From an uncultured archaeon (GTDB lineage Archaea > Asgardarchaeota > Thorarchaeia > Thorarchaeales > Thorarchaeaceae): a stretch of 64,000 nucleotides of DNA. Shown here piece after piece: positions 45,777-55,809 of this stretch. Numbering within the stretch: position 1 is the first letter of the stretch; each line of letters begins with the position of its first letter. The notes beneath the pieces are model-generated. The model was not told the DNA's origin, did not search any database, and saw only the letters and a program-made list of their open reading frames with translations. A program made the position numbers and the translations under genes. The stretch lies in assembly GCA_964590575.1 (NCBI GenBank), contig CAZPWM010000003.1, forward strand, positions 4,587 to 68,586, read 5' to 3'.

Positions 45777-46135
45777 TTCTCAGTCCAAGTTGAAACAACA
45801 TCGATTATTGGACCATATGCAAACCCTGCAAACAATGCAGGAACATCTCTAAACTCTGTGGAAAGGAAAATTGCGAGTGAAACTAAAATTCCAAAGATCA
45901 GCCCTCGAACCACCGCATTTTCTAGGTTCTTATCATTGGAGCTCTTGACCAATTCCAAGTCGCCAGCAAATCCAATCAGCAGCCCCATTATTACACGGTT
46001 GTACCACATTCCAATCAAGAATACAATATTCGGCAGATACCCTCCTGGTATTCTTGATCCCACTCCTATGATACACAATACTCCAAGGATTGCTCCTGTA
46101 AGCGTTGCTATTGCTATACGTCTGTACTGCAGCAT
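45773..46135 (-). CDS. small membrane protein
   Basis: Three to four hydrophobic helices (GAILGVLCIIG, WYNRVIMGLLIG); lies between two thioredoxins. Confidence 0.75.
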   Translation of the reverse strand: MLQYRRIAIATLTGAILGVLCIIGVGSRIPGGYLPNIVFLIGMWYNRVIMGLLIGFAGDLELVKSSNDKNLENAVVRGLIFGILVSLAIFLSTEFRDVPALFAGFAYGPIIDVVSTWTEK

Positions 46136-46210
46136 ATCTGTTCCTCCAATATTCGATATAAAATGAGATTTACCCCTGAGGAAGAATATCTTCCTCGGGG
46201 AAACAAGAAA

Positions 46211-46576
46211 TTATGCAGCAGCTTCATCAGCGAGAAGATTGTCTGCAATTTGCGCGTAAACTTCAGGTGGCATTACGCCAACCAGTTTGTCCATCTTTCT
46301 GCCTGCTCCGTCGTCAAAAACAACTCTCTTGCCTTCAGAGTAAACAAGAACGCTTGGCACGCCTGTAATCTGATTCTCCATGCTGAACTCTCGATTGTGG
46401 TCGACATCTAACTTTACGACCTTTAGTCCCTTCTCTTCATACTTTTCATAAAGCTCTTCAAGAATCGGACTAAGGGTTCTGCATGGACCACACCATATTG
46501 CATGGCAATCAACGAATACTACTTTGTAATCTTCGATAATTTTTGGCAAATCATCGGAACTAATGTCATCAACCAT
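46211..46576 (-). CDS. trxA: thioredoxin
   Basis: WCGPC, GVPS. ATG at 46576. Confidence 0.92.
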   Translation of the reverse strand: MVDDISSDDLPKIIEDYKVVFVDCHAIWCGPCRTLSPILEELYEKYEEKGLKVVKLDVDHNREFSMENQITGVPSVLVYSEGKRVVFDDGAGRKMDKLVGVMPPEVYAQIADNLLADEAAA

Positions 46577-46714
46577 TGTGATTATCTCCCGTCTCCGGCA
46601 CGAGTCGGTTGTGCGTATTGATTGCACATCCGTTATAAACTTGTTGTTATCGCCTAGAATTTCTGGAGCAACATTATTATCCTGCAATCACATACAATGA
46701 AATAGTGGTGGGAC

Positions 46715-47731
46715 ATGTGTCCATATGCAGACTATGAGATTGGTCATGAGAAAGGAGCTGGAAAATTCGGGAATGGGTCTGTTTTCCTAAACAATTTTTT
46801 CCCCACGGATTTATCACTCATTGCTTTGACTCTTATCCCGCTCTTTCCTACAGTCACGATGCCCTTCACAATTTATGGTGTTTTCCAGTGGTTGGTCATT
46901 TCCCTGTCCATTGCTTTTGCAATCCAGATTGGGCTTCAAGTGGTCCTAAGGCATCATTACAGGAGGCTCTATGCAAATTCTGAGCTTGAGCAAATTTTAT
47001 CCAAAGTGAATGGTCGAATGGGATTCTCAGCAGATGTTGAACTGTGGGAATGTTCAAATGATAAGCCTGTTCTTGTTCCAATCTCTGCACTTCTGTATAG
47101 AGCTCTAGCAATTTCAAGACCTGCTGAAGAGGACCTTCTCGCATCTCCAACTATGGCTGAACCTGTTCTTGCGGACCATCTCAAGGATATTCAAGGCGGG
47201 CCTCTCTCTAGTACCTGGCTTCCCATTTTCGTTTTCGTTCTGGTGTCCTCTTTAATGGTTCAATGGACAGGACTGCCCCTATATCAGGCAGTGAACATAT
47301 CCTGGGCACTTTTCTTTGTTGTTGTCATTGTTATCGGAAGGACTGTCTTAGTGGGTAAGGAGAAACCGCACAATGTGGTGTTCGAAGCGTATGGTGTTCA
47401 TCCCGACATGGCAAGGTGTGTGGTGTTTCGAGATTCTCAGCCTACTGAAGCTGAGATGAGAGAAATCTCGAAGAGACCTATTGATCCACTATCAAAGGAT
47501 GTATTCCGTATGAAAGCTTACCTCTCATTTTTCGCAGCTCTGTTTCTTTCTCTTCTTGTCGGTATGGCACTGACCACATGGGTTTCCACTCTCAATCCAC
47601 CGGGTTATCCAATAATCTTTGAGGGCATGTTCTTCTTGCCAATAGGAGTATCAGTGTTTGTTTTTCTAGGGCTTTTCGCAATAGCCATGAGAGTAAGATA
47701 TGAGTATGTTGATCCGAATTCTGGCATATAG
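46715..47731 (+). CDS. membrane protein, possibly a degenerate M48/HtpX-like fold
   Basis: TM pair, a segment resembling the M48 soluble domain with VLADHLKD in place of HExxH, then further TMs. Start uncertain. Confidence 0.6.
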   Translation: MCPYADYEIGHEKGAGKFGNGSVFLNNFFPTDLSLIALTLIPLFPTVTMPFTIYGVFQWLVISLSIAFAIQIGLQVVLRHHYRRLYANSELEQILSKVNGRMGFSADVELWECSNDKPVLVPISALLYRALAISRPAEEDLLASPTMAEPVLADHLKDIQGGPLSSTWLPIFVFVLVSSLMVQWTGLPLYQAVNISWALFFVVVIVIGRTVLVGKEKPHNVVFEAYGVHPDMARCVVFRDSQPTEAEMREISKRPIDPLSKDVFRMKAYLSFFAALFLSLLVGMALTTWVSTLNPPGYPIIFEGMFFLPIGVSVFVFLGLFAIAMRVRYEYVDPNSGI

Positions 47732-47783
47732 TCCGTGCCAAAGTTTGATAAGCGGCACTCAATGGATTTGAATTCCTAAGACA

Positions 47784-50432
47784 TTGGTGATTCTTGTGCC
47801 CGTTCTACACTGTCCAAAATGTGGGTCCCGTCTTGACTTCCATAAAGGCGGCGACATATGGACAGTGACATGTTCTTCTTGCAATGTTGAGGTATCGGTT
47901 GGTGGACGGAAAGCTGACCTGTTTGATGCATACGAAGCATATACCTCCCAAGTCCAAGCAGGTACTGCATCAACCATTACCGACTACCGAAAGAAAAAAT
48001 ATCTAGGGTCCGGGATTGACACACCGAGGAAGAAACGGCAAACTTTGGACCCCAGTTCCCGGGTTCAGTCCAATGAAGCTATCACAAAATTGGTGAATGA
48101 GGGCGGAGCTAACCTGTCCGAGCTCTCAGAGCCAATCAGAAGACTTCTCACAAATGGGCGAGATTATCTTGTCAAGTATCAGCTCATGCCCACTACAGAT
48201 GCTGAATATGGTGTGGATATTGATGAACTCAGTATACCCACGAGACTGAAAGAGCAGTTGGCTGACCAGGGAATAAGCACCCTTTACAAGTTTCAGGAGG
48301 ACTCCTTTACTGCTATTGAGAAAGGTGAGGACATTGTTATTGCAGCACCAACTGGTCAGGGTAAGACTGAAGGATTCATACTCCCCATAATCAGAAAGCT
48401 CCTTCTGTCAGTTCAGGAGTCTTTTCATAATCTTGGTATCAGAGCTCTGTTGATTTATCCAACGAAGGCTCTAGCTAGAGACCAGTACGATAAGATCAAG
48501 CAGATGTGTAAGGCCTCAAACCTCACGGTTTCAATATTCGATGGCGATGTTTCACAGAATGCTAGACAGAGGATATACGATGCACCTCCAGACATCTTAC
48601 TGACTAATCCAGATGTCCTCCATTATCATCTTGGCTGGGCACAATCTCGATTAGTGTCTTTATTGCGTACGGTGCAATTTGTAGTCCTTGATGAGATTCA
48701 TCTCTACACGGGATCCATGGGGACGAATGTCTACTACATTCTCAAAAGATTAGAACTCGAGTCTGGACGTTTTCAGAAGATTGGTGCGTCAGCCACTATT
48801 TCCAATCCCAAGGAGTTTGCTGAGATTCTCTTTGATTCAGAAGTCCGACTCGTGGAGTCAAAAACAGCCAAACGGGGACCAGTGCACTTCATGATGTACT
48901 ATCCTGGAATGAGGAGTAAATATAGCATGATAGTTGACCTTGTCACTCAACTCCAGAAGGGAGACTTCAAGACATTAGTCTTCGGAAACACACACTCTGA
49001 GGCTGAAGTCCTGAACATGCTCATTGGAGATGCTGGAGTAAAAACAATGGTCCATCGGGCGGGACTGTCAAAGAAGTATAGGAGCGAGGTAGAAGACCAG
49101 TTTAGGTCTGGAGACCTCCCAGTCATCGTTTCCACGCCAACTCTTGAATTGGGTATTGACATTGGCGATTTAGACAGTGTGGTCAGTATGATTGTGTCAA
49201 TCACTCGACTGACTCAACGGATGGGACGTGCTGGACGGAAAGGGCAGGAGAGTGTTGCGATACTTGCCCTCAGAGAGAATGATCCCATCTCATCCTTCTA
49301 TCGCCACCAACCTGACAAGTATTTCTCAGACATCGATGCTGCATACATGGAACCAGATAACGAGGTTGTTGGATACTTCCAGCTCATAGCTGCAGCCATG
49401 AGTGGAAAATTGAAGGTTCCTCATTTTGCTAGACACAAAGAGATCTTTGATAGGCTCGAGAGTGAGGGATTAATACACATAGATGATGACAAGGTTCGCA
49501 TAGTTGACTTCGATAAAGCAAGAAAGGAATGGCGTTCATATAGCATCAGAGGGATAGGTGACACGGTTCAGATAAAGACTGGAAACAAGGGTCTCGGGGA
49601 GCGCTCAATGCCTATGGCTGCTCAAGAACTTCATCCAGGTGCTATTTACCTTCATGGTGGTAAGAACTACATGTCTGTAGACTTTAAGTACACCCCGGGA
49701 TTGGGAAAAGCATCTGTTGTACCTCATGCTGACAGAAGTGCGCACACAAAACCACTCTACTCGACAATGCCTCGAATAATAGACATAGTAGAGAGAAGTA
49801 AGATTTTGGGTCTGAATGCCATCTATTGTACACTTGAGATGACCCAGACTGTTGTTGGCTATGTGAAGAAGGAAACAAGAACTGGTCGGGTCTTGAATCG
49901 GTCGAGTCTTTCGACACCTCTCATTTACAAATATCGTACTCGAGGATTTGCCTTCACAGCACCAGAACCAGTCAAAGCAGTCAACGACCTCACATCCGGA
50001 AATTTGAGTAGCCTTGAAGGTCCTCGCCTGGGTCCTGCAGAACTCTTTGGTGGAGCTTTTCATGCTCTTGAGCATGTAGTGATAGAATCTAGTGACATGC
50101 TCACTGGAGGAGGTACACGAGAGATAGGTGGTGTTTCGATGGGTGACTCAGGAATTATCTTCGTCTACGATGGCAGTCCGGGTGGTAATGGTGCATCCAA
50201 ACTTCTGTTCACGAAATTAAATGAGGCTTTCAGAAGATCAAAAGAAATTCTTGAGAAATGTGATTGTACGACTATAGACGGGTGTCCTCTTTGCACATAT
50301 TCATATCATTGCGGTAATAACAACAGTCCCTTGTTCAAACTTGGTGCACTCGAGAGTATCAAACAAATCCTCGACGAGGTGGAAACCACTGTTGACGTCG
50401 AGGGGTATGTAGGGTATCAACCCCTAGTCTAA
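47784..50432 (+). CDS. DEAD/DEAH-box helicase with DUF1998 (MrfA/Hrq1-like)
   Basis: N-terminal zinc ribbon, PTGQGKT, TNPD, DEIH, SAT, TPTLELGIDIG, QRMGRAGR, C-terminal C.C..GCP.C.YSYHC. Confidence 0.95.
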   Translation: MVILVPVLHCPKCGSRLDFHKGGDIWTVTCSSCNVEVSVGGRKADLFDAYEAYTSQVQAGTASTITDYRKKKYLGSGIDTPRKKRQTLDPSSRVQSNEAITKLVNEGGANLSELSEPIRRLLTNGRDYLVKYQLMPTTDAEYGVDIDELSIPTRLKEQLADQGISTLYKFQEDSFTAIEKGEDIVIAAPTGQGKTEGFILPIIRKLLLSVQESFHNLGIRALLIYPTKALARDQYDKIKQMCKASNLTVSIFDGDVSQNARQRIYDAPPDILLTNPDVLHYHLGWAQSRLVSLLRTVQFVVLDEIHLYTGSMGTNVYYILKRLELESGRFQKIGASATISNPKEFAEILFDSEVRLVESKTAKRGPVHFMMYYPGMRSKYSMIVDLVTQLQKGDFKTLVFGNTHSEAEVLNMLIGDAGVKTMVHRAGLSKKYRSEVEDQFRSGDLPVIVSTPTLELGIDIGDLDSVVSMIVSITRLTQRMGRAGRKGQESVAILALRENDPISSFYRHQPDKYFSDIDAAYMEPDNEVVGYFQLIAAAMSGKLKVPHFARHKEIFDRLESEGLIHIDDDKVRIVDFDKARKEWRSYSIRGIGDTVQIKTGNKGLGERSMPMAAQELHPGAIYLHGGKNYMSVDFKYTPGLGKASVVPHADRSAHTKPLYSTMPRIIDIVERSKILGLNAIYCTLEMTQTVVGYVKKETRTGRVLNRSSLSTPLIYKYRTRGFAFTAPEPVKAVNDLTSGNLSSLEGPRLGPAELFGGAFHALEHVVIESSDMLTGGGTREIGGVSMGDSGIIFVYDGSPGGNGASKLLFTKLNEAFRRSKEILEKCDCTTIDGCPLCTYSYHCGNNNSPLFKLGALESIKQILDEVETTVDVEGYVGYQPLV

Positions 50433-50447
50433 GGAGGTGAATAATAA

Positions 50448-52370
50448 TTGGCTGAGTTTCGCGTTGGTCGCGGTCACGATGGTCCTGCACGTGTGGGTGA
50501 GTATATTCTGGGATCAACGACATATTCTACTCCCTTACTGACTTGTTCTTTCACCTCCAGCGATTCTATTATTGCATATGGGACCTTGGGCAGGGATATT
50601 TCATCCTCCGATAATCCAATGTTGATATCATTACCCTTTGTCAGTCAGTTTGATGACCTTCCCCTGACAAACATTCGAGACCATGATTCAGTCATTCTTC
50701 CATCCCTCATATCCCTTGCCGCTATTGCCACAGATGCATCGGAGCTGGTCTTTGAATATCAACATGAGATTCTATCAAGAATCAAGTCGACAATCGACTC
50801 CTCTAGGACCATAATTCGTGTCCCGTCTGAAGCAAACCCCGAATCAATTTCTAAACTCGCTGAAACCGGAGCTCATGGTGCAGCATTCTCTTTCAATGGT
50901 CAATTAGGCTCTCAGGACTATAATGCGATTGACCTAAGAAGCCATCTGCCACTTTTCATGATGGCTTTTGCAGTAGGACGAATTGAACCTGGTTTAATAC
51001 CACTCCTTCATTACACTGGTTTTGACATCATTGACATTGGTCATGCGCAAGAGTCTGCATCAAATGGTCTTAGGCTTTGGAAGAATGGTGCTGAGAAGAT
51101 CGAGATTGGAAAAGAGTGTCGCTATTGTTCATGTCCCTCCTGTACAAAACTTGACATTGCAAAACCCGAGGACTTACAAGGCATTCTTTTGGACCATAAT
51201 CTTAGCATCTACAGGTCCATCATCTCTGAGTCAAGAGAAGCTATGAGTACTGGCCGTCTAAGATGGTTGGTGGAAAGTTCCACACATAACAGTCCTGCAC
51301 ACGCCTCGCTTGTTCGACTTGTAAATAGAGAACTCTATACATTCATCGAGGAATTCTCTCCGACAACGGGACCCGATGCACTACCTGTGATTGGCTCAGA
51401 ATCATATAACGCTCCTGTAGTCCGAAGATTCCGAGAGTACGTAGCAAGCAGATACTCTGTGCGTGATGATAAACCAATCATATTGCTTCTACCATGTTCT
51501 GCTAGGAAACCATATTCTGACTCCAAATCCCACAAGAGATTCAATGCAGTAATCGAATCAGCTATGAGTGGCTTGGAGTCTAGAGTGGCTCAAGTAATAC
51601 TAACTTCACCACTTGGACTTGTTCCACGTGAACTTGAGCGAATTTATCCAGCTGGTCAGTATGACATTCCTGTGACGGGTGACTGGGACACCGAGGAGAT
51701 CAAGATTGGAGCAAATGCACTAGTAACCCATCTCAAGAAATTCAGCAGCAGATCGGTCGTGATAGCTCATGTATCTGGAGGGTATCTGGATATAGTGAGA
51801 GCTGCTGAATCAGAGATAGAACAAAGTCTGATATACACGACACCAGAAGATCGTGCAACAAGTCGTGAGTCATTAGATGCATTGCAAGAGTCACTCATTG
51901 AACTGAAAGAGATACTCTCTATATCTAGAGGGCCTCGTACAGAATTAGAGGAAATTGTATCTGCGACTGCAGACTATCAGTTTGGACCAGGAGCTGGTAA
52001 GGCGCTAGTTCCTGAACATGCAAAACTCAGAGGAAAACCATACAAACTGATTCTATGTAGTGTTGATGGAGAACAAGTTTGTTCCTATGTGGCTGAGAAC
52101 GGAATTCTCTCGCTCACATTAGCTGGTGGTAGGCTTCTTGCTCCACTAAATCGCTATTGGGTCCGTCTTGATGTTCCAAAGGTTAAAGGTGGGTCTATCT
52201 TTGCAGTAGGCGTTCAAGAGGCTGATTATCTCATACGACCCGGGGATGAGGTCATTGTTGTCAATGGTTCTGCTGAGGTCATTGCAGTTGGACGAAGTGA
52301 GATGTCTGGTCGCGAAATGTGCGAGTTGAAAAGAGGTAGAGCTGTTTCTGTTCGCCATAAAAAGGAGTGA
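50448..52370 (+). CDS. arcS: archaeosine synthase subunit alpha
   Basis: TGT-like N-terminus, LLPCSARKPYS.S.SH, TSPLGLVPRELE, YDIPVTG.W, C-terminal PUA domain. TTG start after GGAGGTGA. Confidence 0.92.
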   Translation: MAEFRVGRGHDGPARVGEYILGSTTYSTPLLTCSFTSSDSIIAYGTLGRDISSSDNPMLISLPFVSQFDDLPLTNIRDHDSVILPSLISLAAIATDASELVFEYQHEILSRIKSTIDSSRTIIRVPSEANPESISKLAETGAHGAAFSFNGQLGSQDYNAIDLRSHLPLFMMAFAVGRIEPGLIPLLHYTGFDIIDIGHAQESASNGLRLWKNGAEKIEIGKECRYCSCPSCTKLDIAKPEDLQGILLDHNLSIYRSIISESREAMSTGRLRWLVESSTHNSPAHASLVRLVNRELYTFIEEFSPTTGPDALPVIGSESYNAPVVRRFREYVASRYSVRDDKPIILLLPCSARKPYSDSKSHKRFNAVIESAMSGLESRVAQVILTSPLGLVPRELERIYPAGQYDIPVTGDWDTEEIKIGANALVTHLKKFSSRSVVIAHVSGGYLDIVRAAESEIEQSLIYTTPEDRATSRESLDALQESLIELKEILSISRGPRTELEEIVSATADYQFGPGAGKALVPEHAKLRGKPYKLILCSVDGEQVCSYVAENGILSLTLAGGRLLAPLNRYWVRLDVPKVKGGSIFAVGVQEADYLIRPGDEVIVVNGSAEVIAVGRSEMSGREMCELKRGRAVSVRHKKE

Positions 52371-52379
52371 GAGCATGAC

Positions 52380-53462
52380 ATGGAAGGATCTCTGAAACGA
52401 ATCAACGAAGCTGTTCAAAAGGCAGCTCTGCAAGCTAGAGGACACTCACTCCGCATGCGACGAAAACGAGACCCCACTAGACCATCAGCTAAGTGGGTCG
52501 CGTCTGCTAGGGTTGGTCGCGAACAAGGAACCGCACTTGCTATTGTTCTATCCACTATAGGATGTGCCCATGCTCGGAGCGACTCTGGAGGGTGCACCAT
52601 GTGTAGCTACCTCCTTGATGGTGTTCAGGAACCGCCAACTTCTGATCAGATAGTAGCACAATTCAGATTCGCGATGACAGCGTTGGAATCAAATAAAGCC
52701 CCCTTATCCGTCAAGATTTACACAAGTGGCAGTTTTCTAGATGATGAAGAAATCCCTTCAGAAGCAAGATTTGAAATTCTAAAGATTATTGCTGAGGATG
52801 AACGGATACGTGAGGTAGTTCTTGAGTCAAGACCGGAATATGTCAACGAGTCTATTCTTTCAGGTATTCGACAAGTATTAGGCGATAGGACTGTCGAGAT
52901 TGGAATGGGTCTTGAAAGTGCGAGTGACGTGATTCGATCTGTATGCATCAACAAGAACTTTGATTTGCAAATGTTCAAGGATGCCTTGAAGATTGCGAAG
53001 AACTACAACATAGGGATACGTGCTTATGTATTGCTTAAACCTCCATTACTTACGGAAAGAGATGCCCTTCTAGATGCAATTTCAACAGTCCAACAAGCGA
53101 GAGCACTAGGAGTCACAACGATTTCATTGAATCCAGTTACTGTACAGAAAGATACACTTGTTGAAAAACTCTGGATAAAAGGTAAGTATAGACCGCCATG
53201 GTTATGGAGTATTCTAAAAGTTCTTCGTGAAGCCAGTAGCGTTTCTGACAAATGGATGAAGATTGTTTGCGATCCTGTAGCTGGTGGAAAAAGAAGGGGT
53301 GCACACAACTGTGGCAAATGTGACGCTGCAATCATGGACGCAATCCGCCAATTCTCATTGAGCCAGGATCCAGTTGTTCTGAAGCATCTATCATGTGATT
53401 GTCTTAGTCAATGGGAACATATCTTGAAGCACGAAGATTTCTCATTGGTCGTTCATAGATGA
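52380..53462 (+). CDS. raSEA: archaeosine biosynthesis radical SAM protein RaSEA
   Basis: GC...GGCTMC, KIYTSGSFLD, ESRPE, YVLLKPP, YRPPWLWS, GAHNCGKCD. Adjacent to arcS. Confidence 0.93.
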   Translation: MEGSLKRINEAVQKAALQARGHSLRMRRKRDPTRPSAKWVASARVGREQGTALAIVLSTIGCAHARSDSGGCTMCSYLLDGVQEPPTSDQIVAQFRFAMTALESNKAPLSVKIYTSGSFLDDEEIPSEARFEILKIIAEDERIREVVLESRPEYVNESILSGIRQVLGDRTVEIGMGLESASDVIRSVCINKNFDLQMFKDALKIAKNYNIGIRAYVLLKPPLLTERDALLDAISTVQQARALGVTTISLNPVTVQKDTLVEKLWIKGKYRPPWLWSILKVLREASSVSDKWMKIVCDPVAGGKRRGAHNCGKCDAAIMDAIRQFSLSQDPVVLKHLSCDCLSQWEHILKHEDFSLVVHR

Positions 53463-53539
53463 ACCAAATGTCTTATGAAAAAGGTCATAAAGAAAACCAA
53501 GAGGCTGTCGCATGTTCTGAATAATTGGAGTGATTGACA

Positions 53540-53887
53540 ATGTCTACTTATGTTACTCGGGTGTCTGTTTGGTTCTACAGTGAAGGTGCATCCCCCTCTC
53601 AAGTGATGAGCAAGCTCCAAGAGCTTGGTTTCAAACCTGTTAGAGGCGCCTATGACTTTGTGTATGAACACAGCGCTGTCGATATGACCGACGCGGACCT
53701 TGGCAGCGCAATAATTGAAATCTCAAATGCATTACATAAAACACTCTCTGGATTCAAGGTACTCTACAATCTCGATACCCATCTTTCTGAAGGAGAAGAA
53801 GATTACTTTCCTCTCGAAGACATTGATGCTGAGTTAGAAGATACCAGAAGAGAACTTGAACAGATTGAGAACGAAGAAGCAGATTAA
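53540..53887 (+). CDS. conserved hypothetical archaeal protein with acidic tail
   Basis: F.SEGASPS.V...L.ELGFKPVRG.YDFVY. GGAGTGA RBS. Confidence 0.75.
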   Translation: MSTYVTRVSVWFYSEGASPSQVMSKLQELGFKPVRGAYDFVYEHSAVDMTDADLGSAIIEISNALHKTLSGFKVLYNLDTHLSEGEEDYFPLEDIDAELEDTRRELEQIENEEAD

Positions 53888-53893
53888 TGCTCC

Positions 53894-53930
53894 AGAATGG
53901 GAAAAGGATTAACACCCCTTCACCCATTCT
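53894..53930. terminator. hairpin between convergent genes
   Basis: AGAATGGG...AAGG...CCTT...CCCATTCT (8 bp plus 4 bp). Confidence 0.5.
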
Positions 53931-53946
53931 AAGCTATTTGTTTGTG

Positions 53947-55734
53947 CTAAATTGATGAAACCACAGGCTCACGACGTTCGTATTCTCCTTCACCCTGCAC
54001 AGTGACTCTGATTTTCTTCTTGTCACCGGGATTCATCCTAGTCCAAGTCCAAACCATTTGTGAACCATCAGTAACAGATAACACATCAGGTGCATCATCT
54101 TCAGGATCCGTAGACACATATTCGAAACCCGCAGGAATCCAATCTGTAATTTCGATGTTCTCAGCAGTCACTTCACCATTATTAGCCACTACCAGCACAA
54201 CGATGTATTCCCCAGCACCAACTCCCTTGTTAATCGCCTTCTTTGTAGAGATCGCACGCTTCTTATAGATAACTCCAAGTTTATGACCATCTTCAGGGCT
54301 TGCTATTACCAAAGGAATTCCTGCAGGTTCCGTGTTAGCTATACATGTTATTGGTGATGGATACTCTTTCTCTGGACGATTTCGCCATGCCATAACAGCA
54401 TAGTTAATTTTAAGGCTTTCACCGGGCTCGAGTTCTCCGCCCGATTTACTCAAATCCTCAACTCTAAAGGTCATTTTGTGAGGCTTTTCTGGGTCTTGGT
54501 CATCAGGATTAATTACAAACTCATAAGGACCCGTATACTCCTCACCCTTAATCCACACAGTGATATGCTCACTAGTTGGGGGCATGACATCATCTGGTAA
54601 ATTGTCCTCGATTGTAATTTCGTTCAAACGTGCAGAACCATTGTTAGTTACTTCTATCGTGACCTCAACTGGGGTCTTGTCAAAGCTGCTTACTGATGGA
54701 GGATCAAATGTCTTTGAATAGTCAATACTATATACTGGAATCTCTTGAGGCGTTTTCTCAATTGATCCAAGTACTCGTTTTGTGACTGTCCTTACAGGAG
54801 TGTACACAAGGTCTTGTGTGCATTTTGGAGTTGATTTGCTCTCAACCTCGAATGATGAAGTCCATTCTTGGTCTGGCTCCAATTCAATACCAGGTGACTC
54901 CTCTATCATAATTTGTTTCTCGCCACCACCTTCTGGAGTGAGATAAATCACCGCGTTCTCCAACCTAACGATAAGGTCGCTTTCGTTTGAACATTCAAGT
55001 GTGCATTGCCATTGGTTTGGTTCAGTTTCAGCAGTTTCAATTCCCGTCAAAAACTCAGTTAATGCGGTTAGTTCTGGATTGAGGATGGACCTCTGTTGTC
55101 CTTCGGCTCTATAAGTGATGATAACATCACCAGATTTCCTTGGGTTCTTGTCTTCGACAAGTCCAGTTGCACTGATGATGAGTGAGGAAGACTCTCGTGG
55201 ATAAATAACGAAGTCTTTCCAGACCACCTGTCTTGTTCCTTCATCATATTCAGCTATGCCAGATTTTGCAGACACTATTTCAAGATTGGAAAGTTCATGT
55301 GGAATGGTCTTGTTTAGAATGATGTTGCTAATTTCACCATCTGTTTCGTTGGTGATTGAGAGTGTAATTTTAACAGGATTTTCCTTCCCGATAACATAAG
55401 CCCAGTGTGGGTCTTCTGTTTCAATTGTTCCACAAGTATTATACACTTCCTTGAGGGATATTAGAGGTGCTTCTACATCAACACTATACTTGGTGTACCA
55501 CTTACCACCGACATCTATCTCCCCTGCTGTAAGCGTATCAATACTAATATCTGTAGCATCACGAGTCCCTCCTAGGAGGACCTTAGCATTCCAGATGCGA
55601 CTACGCTCTGATACATTGTTAACACTCAGAATACCCGAAGCATCAATACGATTCAGTTCTGATAATCCACCAAGCTGAGCCTTCTCCGATTCTTCGAGGT
55701 CAATTACGACCTTTTTTCTTACATTCTCACTCAT
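53947..55734 (-). CDS. multi-beta-sandwich protein (DUF11-like repeats; possible mu-homology-domain-like N-terminal half)
   Basis: 595 aa with no signal peptide or TM. Three N..I.D.(L/I)P...W Ig-like repeats; N-terminal strand pattern like adaptin mu/delta-COP. Confidence 0.75.
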   Translation of the reverse strand: MSENVRKKVVIDLEESEKAQLGGLSELNRIDASGILSVNNVSERSRIWNAKVLLGGTRDATDISIDTLTAGEIDVGGKWYTKYSVDVEAPLISLKEVYNTCGTIETEDPHWAYVIGKENPVKITLSITNETDGEISNIILNKTIPHELSNLEIVSAKSGIAEYDEGTRQVVWKDFVIYPRESSSLIISATGLVEDKNPRKSGDVIITYRAEGQQRSILNPELTALTEFLTGIETAETEPNQWQCTLECSNESDLIVRLENAVIYLTPEGGGEKQIMIEESPGIELEPDQEWTSSFEVESKSTPKCTQDLVYTPVRTVTKRVLGSIEKTPQEIPVYSIDYSKTFDPPSVSSFDKTPVEVTIEVTNNGSARLNEITIEDNLPDDVMPPTSEHITVWIKGEEYTGPYEFVINPDDQDPEKPHKMTFRVEDLSKSGGELEPGESLKINYAVMAWRNRPEKEYPSPITCIANTEPAGIPLVIASPEDGHKLGVIYKKRAISTKKAINKGVGAGEYIVVLVVANNGEVTAENIEITDWIPAGFEYVSTDPEDDAPDVLSVTDGSQMVWTWTRMNPGDKKKIRVTVQGEGEYERREPVVSSI

Positions 55735-55809
55735 TCAACGCACACCCGTTGTCTTGCATTCATTGTTTTAGGATTCTTCTGACTCGCGTAATGCTATCAC
55801 AGGAGAATA

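Noticed and set aside
47784-53462. Helicase-arcS-raSEA cluster as a novel system
   Set aside because: ArcS and RaSEA together are the established archaeosine pathway, and nothing in the sequence links the Hrq1/MrfA-like helicase to it functionally.
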